In this document: positions 26,206 through 36,355 of the stretch, piece after piece
How positions within the stretch are numbered: the first letter of the stretch is position 1
Layout: each line of letters opens with the position of its first letter
From: Sarea resinae
Lineage: Eukaryota
Assembly: GCA_026026165.1 (NCBI GenBank)
Contig: JAPEUD010000001.1
Span: forward strand, 310,001 to 374,000
Direction of reading: 5' to 3'
Length of the DNA: 64,000 nt
Program-made: the position numbers and the translations under genes
The notes under the pieces: model-generated
Seen by the model: the letters and a program-made list of their open reading frames with translations, nothing else
The model's database searches: none
What the model was told of the DNA's origin: nothing

Positions 26206-29200
26206 TTAGAAAGACTCCTCATCATCCCCAGCCAGCATCTCGGCGTAGTCTTCTGCCGAAGCAAATGTAGGCAAATGCTTAAGCTTCCGCCGCTTTTTTC
26301 TCTCCGTCTCCCTCCCTACCGAAGCACCTGGGGTTTTCGTACTGGTTTCGAGCTCTTCCTCAAATACGTCATCAAGATCAGAGGGTACCTCATCCTCGCT
26401 GTCAAAGAGAGTGTCCTCTTCCTCAAGCGTAGCATTGTCACCAGCTGAATAGCTTTCGTCATGCTCAACGCCAGACTTAGGTTCTGGGCCCTCCTCAGAT
26501 CCAGCTTCTGATCCAGAGTCACTTCCTTCAGAGTCTAGGTCGCCCAGTTCCAGATCGCCATCACTATCCTCATCTCCTTCCAATTCGGGCCTGGATTCTA
26601 CTAGAGCCTCCCAAATTTCATCGTCGTCCTCTTCTTCCCCACTTTGTGGAGATGATGTTCTCTTTTGCGGAGCAGCTTTTCCTTTGCTCATTTGGTTGAA
26701 ATAACGATGGAAGAAGACCTCATCGACAGCCACATCCTCGCTCTTCTTGCCCCAGAATGATTCCATATTAACAGGAATTTGACTCCGATTGTTACCTTTG
26801 GCTGAAATGAGAAACTCAGACGTGTCGCCCCCAGCCATCGGCTGCATAATGGAGGTGCCGCGGAGTCCAGCGGAATCAGACTTTGCATTACGATAAACAA
26901 AGCGGTCAAGGAAGTGAATGAGAGTATGGAGAGAAAGATCAGGCTTTGCGGGCATCGGGCCGCCGAGCAAGAGACGTGAGGCGAATAGTGAAACAGAAGG
27001 ATGGAAATGGGAGAGGAATGGGGTCTAGAATTACAGTCAGCAAGAGCTAAATTCAAAAGAGTTCATCGGCGTCTCTTACAAGCTCCCAAAGGCAGCTCTT
27101 GTGGGCATTGCTATGCTCAGGGTCTCTTTTTCTACCATCATAACAGTCGTGTGAGCCTCGATGGTCACGAGAATTTTCCTTGGTCTGGTCGGCCGTGATT
27201 ACCCTTCCTATACTGTTAACCCTTGATGTATCTCCTTCGTCTGGCGCATCAACGAAGACTTCTTCGTCTGCATCATCCAGTTCCTGAGGTTGGTCTAGTA
27301 ATGCCTTGATGCTTGGGAAGGTTGATTCCAGCTCCTTGATAAGATAAAGGACGCCGCAAATAAATGGTGGTTGATGTAACGTGATGACCTGAAGCAGCCT
27401 TTTGACGAAGGCTTTGACTCTCTTGACGTTGAGATCCGATCGCAAGGACTGAAAAAGCATATTCAAGTACATGGCCTGCTTAGAGGATGCGATTAACCGC
27501 GGGTCAAGCAAAGATTCGTACAAAGTACGGTAAAAGCGATCAGCAGAAAGCTGATCTGATTTCGAGATTTGTTGAATCAGCTTAAGAGCTTGAACACTGG
27601 TGTTGAAATTTGACGAGTGGGTTATCCTGAACAAAGTGTCCATATGATTCCGGAAACTTTGAGTACTAAATTAGCTGAAGGGTAAGTGCGAGCCAGTCAT
27701 CAGGGACTCACGTATTGTCGTCGGTTTTCGAAAATGATATTGCACGATTAACTCCAGTCAGAACGGCAGAGATCATCTTTTCGTGCAATTCCTGATCAGA
27801 ACTGCCAATGGGCTTCTTTGGATCTGAATGTTTATCGAACGTTTTCCCATGTGCGCCGTCACGAGCCTGCTTTTGTCCTTTCCGGGGTTCTGTTTGACGG
27901 TGCTTTGTCTTTTCCTCTGCATGCGACGGCTTCAAAAGAGCAACAAATAGACTGAAGTAGATCTCCAAAAGCTTTCCCGCAAGTTGCTCCTCTTTGAGGC
28001 TAAGTATTGTTTGATTGAGTGTGATAATGGCGTAGTATTTTGCATGATCACTCTGGCCAGGCCGGAAAAGTAGTTCGGACTCGATCGAAGAAATTATGAC
28101 AGGTTTCATGAGAGGATGTGTTGCCTGCAGTTGGAGAAGTAGAAATGACGCTTTTGAAGCGATTTTCTTGTCTGGGTCGCCGACTTTGTTAACAAGCAAC
28201 CGGAGCAGATTGGATTCTTGCTCCGGCTTTTCCTTCAAGAGCTCCCAAACATAGCCAATAGCCCTACCACGGGCAAAGTCGACCTCATCATTGCACCAAA
28301 TCTCAAGAATCTTCAACATTTCAAAATATGTCTTCTTCAGCCAATCCTCGTAAGCCCACGACACAAGGTGAATCTCCTGTAGTCCATCAGGTAGACCATC
28401 TCCAGTCTTCCATGATTTTCCTGAATGTTGTAGAGCACCTACCAACCCTGGCTGACTACCGAAGGCCCGAAGTCTTCTTTGAGGTGGTAATACAGCGCCT
28501 TGCGCAAGTAAGTCCTTTAGAGCGCCTAAAGCAGTCACGGCTTGTCCTCTACTACGCTTCCTGGCTAATCCGATCAAGCTTTCGAATGCTTTGACGTTGT
28601 GCAAGGGAGATTCTTGGACAACCAAAGTCAATGCCGAGACTTTGTCTGATAACGTACCCGAAGACATGATAGTAGACAAAAATCGGTGCGACGATGTTGA
28701 TGACAGTTGGCTTGAAGTATAGCCATTATTGTCCGATTCGAGAAGGGAAATGGCGCGTTGATATAGCCGGTCAATCACATCAGAACTTGGTGCTGTCTGA
28801 CCTTTATTGGGTAGTGGTAATGCAGGAAGGTCTGCAGCGTGCCAGTCCGGTCTAGGCTTGACAATCTGATTTGACATAATTAGTACCTAGTAGATATTCA
28901 ATAAATGGATTGAGGAACCCACCAGTCGAACATCAGACTTTGCGGGAGAACTTCCTTTACTAGAACTTAGTTTTGCGACAGAGGGTTCCTTGGCAGAAGG
29001 CTCGGGCACTCTAGACTTCTGTGAAGCAGTGGCAATTCCTCCATCGACCCCGTTGCGATTATCTTGGGATGAAGTGCTCTCTAGGTCGCTTGGGTCATGT
29101 TGAAGAGATGCTTCTCCAAGACCAAGCTCTTGAACGAGGTTGACGACATCGTTATGTAACCCTTTGATAACTCTTCGAGGGTTTGATTCCCCCGCTTTGG

Positions 29201-29609
29201 CGCCCTTTTCATCCAATGATTCAGATCCGGATGAAACATCTCCGACAAGTTCTAGGTCATCCTTCGTACCTCCGAGTGCGAGAATCTCTTGCAGCAAATC
29301 CGTCTTTTTAGCAATGCGACCTTTTGGCGGGACACTCGCTGGCTTCGATAAAATCTTCCCTCGACCTTGTTGAACTTGCTTGACTTGTCCAGCCCGATCA
29401 CGTTTGAGGCCTCGCCTTGCCTCGTCTTTGCTCTTGGCACTTTTGCTGGGTTTGGGGGTTTGGTCCTTCGAAGGTCGGGGCTGGGAGCTATTCTTTGGTG
29501 CTTTCAAGTCATCCGCGATCCGTCTAGTCATAGTAGAGAGAGTAGCTTCATTGAATTCTGGAAATTGTGCCTCTGCTGATGCAGCAGGAGTATTAAATGG
29601 TTTCTTCAT
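26206..29609 (-). CDS. MAK21: Ribosome biogenesis protein Mak21/Noc1 (CBF domain)
   Basis: SGTLSDKVSAL, KPEQESNLLRLLVNK, LTGVNRA, DRFYRTLYESLLDPRL, YDGRKRDP, FLDRFVYRN and LPTFASAEDYAEML. Confidence 0.96.
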
Positions 29610-30354
29610 GGCTCATTCGGCAGATCCTCAGCGCTGGCAGTTGAATATCAAAATCGGTTCGACAGCTCAACCAAAAGGTCACACTCTGCCTCAAGGCAGA
29701 GGTCCAATCGTGAGAGGATTGCAGTTCCTTGGGCGTTTATTCCGCTGTTCATGTGCTCAGTATGACTGTTGGACTTGTTTGTTAACACAAGACGCCTGAA
29801 GATATCAAAAGTTTCGGCTTGAATGTAAATAGTCGGGCTGCTCACAATTCTTTTTCGCAGCGAGCGCTAGGTGGAAGTTGCCGTACGGATTAGCGTACGA
29901 GTACCTTCATACATAGGTAGGTACCTTATGTAGTAGAGACCTCCAGTACCCTCCGAGGGTACCTTACGGATCGGAGTACATCCATGGGTAAGGACTGAAG
30001 GACGTATCTGGATAAAAAGCGAATTACGGAGTACGAAGGAACTTTGTACACCTAGGTAACCATGCACCCTCAGGTACCCGACGGTAAGTTGCGATCTACC
30101 AAAAGAAAAGATCTGGGATTCCGGCGTCAGAGGGCTTCGAGAAGCCATCGTTGAACAGCAGAGGGTCTTCATCTTCTCTGATGTTCAATCGAGGCCTTTT
30201 CCATGTTCACGGAGTAACTGAGCTATAGAGTCTAGCCCTCGCCGCGTCTTGTTGAAGTGTCTGGATCCTCCTGTAGAGGCATATGCCATGCGCCTTTCAT
30301 CTGGGAGCGTCTCCAGCAATTGAATTGACGTGGTTGCTTTCCAATTTCTGCACA

Positions 30355-32705
30355 ATGTATTGTCCTCGGCGCTTCAGATGTTCATTCTTCTTCGATCATT
30401 CGCGAGCTGCCGGTTGCTCTGGTGTTCTTCCCAGCGGCCCGAGTAGTCAACGGCGCTTCTTGCACGTGAGCATTTTAACACCATGAATATCCAGACATAA
30501 GCTCTCATGATGAACGCTAACTTCTGATAGCACGATGGACGCAACAGGCTCTCTGCTTTCTGGATGCCGACTGGAGGAATTGCTCCAAGTGCTCGACGCG
30601 GAGGTAGTGTCTTGAGCATGTAAAAGCTATGTATCGAGCTGATTGTCTCCTCAGGCACAGAAGATTCCCATTCACTATTACTTAGAGCGGGCTTTCTTCG
30701 ACAGGTCAGTACAAAATTTCTGAAGAAGCTGGAGGAAGTTTATTGCTGAATGGCGTCTTCTAGGCTTATTCTGGTGTCTTTCAGCTTCTCCCCCTCGGTC
30801 TTCGAGTGCAGGAGAAAATCGAACGTCTAGTAGAAAAGCATATGAACAGGCTGGGTAGGCTTAGACTCAGTCGACAGATTGGACCTCATTGGAATATTGA
30901 TTAACTTTGACAACAGGCGCCTCTAAGCTATCCCTATCTTCCATATCATCGGAGGACTTATGGCGAAGGTCGGGAAGACTTAGCAACTCGGACTCTGATG
31001 TGCGACCGTCTAGCTATCGCCAGTGTCATTGACTGCTGACCTAGGCACTCTTTCTAGTTGTTCCACTTTCAAGACAGAAAGGGCACAGAATACCTACTTT
31101 CACCTACGCATGAAGAGGAGATTACAGCTCTTGTTGCCGCTACCACGAGGTCCTACAAAGAACTTCCCTTGAGGCTCTACCAGATAAGTGTGTACTTTCC
31201 GACCATCAATGATGGGAAATTGCCTATATTGACCGATATCAGCAAGAAAGTATAGGGATGAGCCTCGCCCACGGCAGGGTTTGCTCCGCACGCGTGAATT
31301 TATGATGAAGGATCTATATACCTTTGACGAAACTCAAGACTTAGCATTAAAAACTTATCAAGAGGTCAGAGCGGCATATGCGGCCTTATTCGATGAGCTG
31401 AAGATTCCATATCTCGTCGCCGAGGCAGACTCCGGTAGTATGGGCGGGAATCTGAGCCACGAATACCACTTTCCCACTTCTAAAGGAGAGGATCATATCA
31501 TTAGTTGCGGGAACTGCAGTTACGTTGCCAATGAAGAACTCGCAGAAGGCAACGTAATAGCAATCCAAACCACCACTCCAATGTCCTTGAACAACATATC
31601 ATTCTCCGAAACCGCCGCTTTACCCTCCGGTATCTCACAATGGGTTGGTGTCAGCCGTGATAGGCTCACCCTCGTCAGAGCCTTCTATCCTTCTCATTCG
31701 CACTCCAGCGATAGTCCTTCAACTTCCCAGAAAAACGAGATCAACATTCATGCCATAAAAGCCACATTCAACGCGCTGGAATCAGGGGTTGAAGATCCAC
31801 TACAGCTGTGGAAGGCTTCATTCAATACTACAAATCCCGATGAAACTGCTACGTTGAAGAGCTCCAGAATCTTGAATCTGATCGATTGTCGTCTAGTCGA
31901 AGGCGATGGCAAAAGACCACAGCCGTTGCCCTTGCCTTCCGGATTAGGTTCAATCGGCTCGCAGGGTATTCCTACAGAGGTGGTCATGTCAAGCCCGACT
32001 ACGGGCCGACCACTGAACCTCTTAAGAATTCAGGACGGTGATATATGCCCCAAATGCTCATCTAAGCATCTCAAAGTTCAGAAAGCTGTAGAGCTCGGAC
32101 ATACATTCTTCCTTGGGACTCGCTACAGCCGACCCCTTCGGGCCTCTGTGGCCACTGCGCAAGCCTCTTCGACGGAACCTCGGCCCAATGTACCTGAAAG
32201 TAAGCTTCTCGATGTGCTTGAACGAGATGGCGAAGCCGAAAATAGTGGGAAGGCTTTCCTTCAGATGGGTTGTCACGGTATAGGGGTCTCTCGGATGATC
32301 GCTGCCGTGGCGGATTCATTGGCCGACGATAAGGGTTTAAATTGGCCGACGGTAATCGCGCCCTTTGAGGTGGTTATCATCCCAAAGACGGGTCTCTTTG
32401 AGGAAGCCGAGCGACTCTGCGATAGGTTGACTGGTTATGAACACACTATTTCCAGGAGTGATAGCAGTGTCGCTCTTGGGGCTACAGGTGGTCTTGAAGT
32501 CGTAATGGACGATCGCCAGCGAGATTTTGTGTGGAAGCTTCAGGACGCAGACCTAGTCGGATACCCGATTATAGTAGTGTTAGGGAAAGCGTGGGAGAAG
32601 CATAGGAGATACGAAGTGCAGTGTCGGCGATTGGGGTTAAAAAAGGTGGAGGTACCAGCTGATGCTCTTACGGCATATATCAGGTCTTTACTAGAGCAAA
32701 TGTAA
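30355..32705 (+). CDS. AIM10: Mitochondrial (prokaryote-type) prolyl-tRNA synthetase, multi-exon
   Basis: [61 protein letters not shown] and [14 protein letters not shown]; Arg-rich N-terminal presequence. Confidence 0.92.
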
Positions 32706-34102
32706 AGGTATCGTTCTGAAGGGCTTTTATATTAGAGACTAAAAGTGTAAAGACTCTGGACATTACTTGTATAAGACTGTATTTTAGATAGCATTTAGAT
32801 AGTGTGTGCATTTTATATCTCTACTAGACAAGGTACTTGTTTTACGACTTCTTAAAGCCTGTAGCTTATAATAATTACAAAGGTTCTATGTTGTGCTTAT
32901 TAGAACCTGTTAACTACTACCTTACCTTACCTACCTTACCTATCTAATCCTACCTTTTAGCGTGGATTTTAAGTTGCTATACCTAGGAGTAGGTAAGGTA
33001 AGGTAGGTACCTTAGGTAATACACACACTACTCTAAGCAGCTATTCTATCTACTACCCAAGGTACCTACTGTAGGTACCTAGTAGGTACCTAAGGTAGGT
33101 AGGTAGTTTAGGAGATAGGAGATATAGCGCACGCAGGAAAGAGGTTGCCTCCCGAGTCTTTCTTGGCTGATTCTAATTGACTGTTGGTACTTCCTACTAC
33201 TCCGGAGTTTGCTCCCTTTACTGGACATCCATGCGTCATGCCATGATGGCACTTTGTGCGAAGTTTACATCCATGGATGATACTAGTAGTAGGTAAACAG
33301 CATTCCCCAACGGCTTCTACGTCGTTGCTTTACTGTAGCACCACATCGTCCATCATGGAGAACGCGTGCTCGCAGCTACGGCAGGGAATTCTGGACGAAA
33401 TTGAAAGTGTGAGATCGTGCAGAACAGAGGCCAGAAGATGATCGCTGGGCTGCAGCGAGTTGGTCGTGGGAGGAAGAAGGAGCCAAAGCACTCTGTCCGG
33501 ATGGCCGAAGGCCTGAGAGAGCAGTCCGAGCACCTCCCGTGCATTATGGGCCGACAGTCCAGAGCAACATAAACAAATAAACGAATAAACACACACCACA
33601 GGATTCCTACCATCTGTCTGGACCCCAGACTGGAATCTCACCCAACAATTCCGTTCACATACTTTCGGATATTACTGGCATTCTTTCAGATTCGGCTGAC
33701 ATTCTTCGTGAGCTCTGCGTCTTGGCTGACAGACCTACCGAGTACTCAAGCCCGAGTTCTGAAATTAGATTTACGTCCACTAATCGTGAGGAATGCCAGA
33801 CATTACATTGGAAAGCAAAAAGGTATGCCCCGCTTCATATGCAGATGGAAGAACATAACAATAGATGTAACGATACGGTCGAGAGGAAAAGTCCAGAGAT
33901 GCAGCGAGCATCACCCTTCTCCCCGCCAACGAACAGCTAGCAGATCTACAATCTCACATTCCAGACAAGCTCGGCCAAGGCATCATAGGGTTATCTGTGA
34001 AGCAGGCCTCGGTGCCTTAGCCTTAAAGAATCGGGAAGCCCATGATAATCTGACATTACACATTGCTCATTTTACTGTACTAATGGTAATCGCAACGCCA
34101 CG

Positions 34103-36355
34103 ATGTATGCTTCACTCTTAGTCTTGATCTTTACACTCCTCAGCGTCAGCAACGCACAAAACCTAGGGACAGCTTCGACTTTTGCTGTCCTCGGCGCCTC
34201 AGCAGTAACGAATACCGGTCTCACAATATTGAACGGTAACCTTGGAATATCTCCTGGATCGTCAATAACTGGCTTCCCCCCCGGCATAGTAAATGGAGCA
34301 ACGGACGACGATGATTCTACTGCGGTTCAAGCACAGAGCGATGCAAGCACGGCGTACACAACAGCAGCTGCGCTACCGTCTCAGCATGACCTTACAGGAC
34401 AAGACCTAGGGGGCATGACTCTTGTGGCGGGTACATATTCCTTTGACAGTACCGCTGCAATTACTGGAACTCTCACTCTTGATGGCCAGAACAACCCAAA
34501 CGCGAAGTTCGTCTTCCAGATAGGATCCTCTCTTACCACTGCAAGCGCTTCTGCCGTGGTGCTGGTCAATGGAGCAAGAGCATGCAACGTCTTCTGGCAA
34601 GTTGGCAGTTCGGCTACTCTGGGATCTGCCACTACTTTCACTGGCAACATCCTGGCATTGACTTCGATCACAGCCATAACCGGCGCAACATCAAACGGAA
34701 GCCTTATTGCCCTCAATGGAGCAGTAACTCTAGACGACAATATCATAACTGCTCCAGGTACTTGCAATGTGATCAACCCTTCTTCGACGAGCACTATCTC
34801 TTCGACAAGCACTATCTCTTCGACGAGCACTATCTCTTCGACGAGCACTATCTCTTCGACGAGCACTATCTCTTCAACGAGCACTATCTCTTCAACGAGC
34901 ACTATCTCTTCAACGAGCACTATCTCTTCAACGACGTCGCCGACCAGCCTTTCAACTGTTATCAGCACCTTGAGTAGCACTATTACCCCAACGACATCTC
35001 TGACGCTAACTTCCAATACCCGGACATTGATGTCAAACACCACCTCGACTGTAAGACCTACCACGATGGCAAATACCACCTCGATGTCAAACACCACCTC
35101 GATGTCAAACACCACCTCGATGTCAAACGCTACTACGATGGCAAATACTACTACGATGGCGAACATAACTACGATGCCAAGCAGCTTGTCCACCGGAAAC
35201 AGCTCGACATCCTTCTTTATGGCACCATCCAGAAAGCCAATTCCGACAACCAATGGCTCAATCATCTCCTCGACGCCAACATCAACGCCAGCATCAACAT
35301 CGACGGGTTATGTGATTACTCCAATGTCGATGACAACCTCGTCAATGACAATGTCTACAATTGTTTCGACTGCACTAGTAACAGAGAGTCTCACTACTTT
35401 GACATCGACGACTAACAGTGTAACCGCTATTTCCTTATTGTCTACTTCCTCGTCTCTATCATTCACGCCGTCTATGAGCCGGTCGACATTCACAGGATCT
35501 ACGGGATCTACCATTTCTACCATTTCTACGACGTCTAGCACCCCCACAACTTCGAAGTCGTATCCCTCTACTTCTTTGCCTTCCTCTTCGACGGGCTTCG
35601 CTAAGGCCTACAACAAGGCGGGAGGGCAGTCCTCTGTCATCTCAGCAATGTTTACAACGTCTATAACGCGTACAGTATACGCTGCGTCTTCGGTCTCGAA
35701 CACGGAAAAGACACATCCTGAAAAACTACACACCAATACAGTTTCCACGTGGTCCACCACTGTTGCAGCATCTACGGTATCGACAACGACGGAATCGAAC
35801 ATGTCTTCGCCGATCTGGGAAACTGAGCTTGATATTGTCTTTACCACCTTTTGCCCTACCGTTCCTACCGCTCTTACGACCGGCGGACAAACATTGACTA
35901 TAACCAAGACAGGCATGATTACCTTAACGTGTACAAAGTGTGCTGCTTCGACGTATTTGCATTTGCCTACTAAGACAAGTCCTATTTCTCCTAATTACGT
36001 CGTTGCGCCATCCGAACTTCCTTGCTCCTCTTCTTTGTCTACCCAGCTAGTTGCAACGGCGGCTTATGTGCCGACCGAGACAACCTCTAGTCCTGGTCCT
36101 ACTCTGAATACCATTGCGGCCTCAAAAGCTTCTGGATCCTTCGCTTCGTCTAGCCCTGCGACTTTCAAGGCATCTTCATATCTCCCGACTGGGATGCTTT
36201 CTATGTCTGGTCCTAGTCCTAGTCTCGCTACCTCCACGAAAAAATTTCCTACCTCTGGCCCTCTCGCTTTCACTGGTACTACAAGCTTTAATCGGCCTGT
36301 TGCTGCTCTTCTCGCGCTTAGTATCGCATTTACTACTTTGTTTGTTTTCATCTAA
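34103..36355 (+). CDS. Secreted, probably GPI-anchored DUF3494 (ice-binding-like) protein with Ser/Thr stalk, 750 aa, intronless
   Basis: Signal peptide MYASLLVLIFTLLSVSNA. DUF3494-type motifs LGTASTFAVLGASAVTNTG, ITGFPPG, DLGGMTLVAGTY, TLTLDGQNNPNAKFVFQIGS and CNVFWQVGSSATLG. Hydrophobic C-terminus AFTGTTSFNRPVAALLALSIAFTTLFVFI. Confidence 0.92.
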   Translation: MYASLLVLIFTLLSVSNAQNLGTASTFAVLGASAVTNTGLTILNGNLGISPGSSITGFPPGIVNGATDDDDSTAVQAQSDASTAYTTAAALPSQHDLTGQDLGGMTLVAGTYSFDSTAAITGTLTLDGQNNPNAKFVFQIGSSLTTASASAVVLVNGARACNVFWQVGSSATLGSATTFTGNILALTSITAITGATSNGSLIALNGAVTLDDNIITAPGTCNVINPSSTSTISSTSTISSTSTISSTSTISSTSTISSTSTISSTSTISSTSTISSTTSPTSLSTVISTLSSTITPTTSLTLTSNTRTLMSNTTSTVRPTTMANTTSMSNTTSMSNTTSMSNATTMANTTTMANITTMPSSLSTGNSSTSFFMAPSRKPIPTTNGSIISSTPTSTPASTSTGYVITPMSMTTSSMTMSTIVSTALVTESLTTLTSTTNSVTAISLLSTSSSLSFTPSMSRSTFTGSTGSTISTISTTSSTPTTSKSYPSTSLPSSSTGFAKAYNKAGGQSSVISAMFTTSITRTVYAASSVSNTEKTHPEKLHTNTVSTWSTTVAASTVSTTTESNMSSPIWETELDIVFTTFCPTVPTALTTGGQTLTITKTGMITLTCTKCAASTYLHLPTKTSPISPNYVVAPSELPCSSSLSTQLVATAAYVPTETTSSPGPTLNTIAASKASGSFASSSPATFKASSYLPTGMLSMSGPSPSLATSTKKFPTSGPLAFTGTTSFNRPVAALLALSIAFTTLFVFI
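34781..34933 (+). repeat. Coding 18-bp tandem repeat, 8.5 copies (SSTSTI)
   Basis: Unit TCTTC(G/A)AC(G/A)AGCACTATC read directly. Confidence 0.95.
35066..35173 (+). repeat. Coding 18-bp degenerate repeat, 6 copies (M[AS]N[TAI]T[ST])
   Basis: MANTTS MSNTTS MSNTTS MSNATT MANTTT MANITT; one more copy at 35030. Confidence 0.9.

Noticed and set aside
33256..33641. GC-normal patch with short ORFs upstream of the DUF3494 gene
   Set aside because: No frame gives a recognisable protein; it may be a gene remnant but this is unsupported.
34381..35265. 294-aa minus-strand ORF with (EEIVLV)n and (VVFDIE)n repeats
   Set aside because: Antisense shadow of the Ser/Thr repeats of the DUF3494 gene; no independent gene signals.
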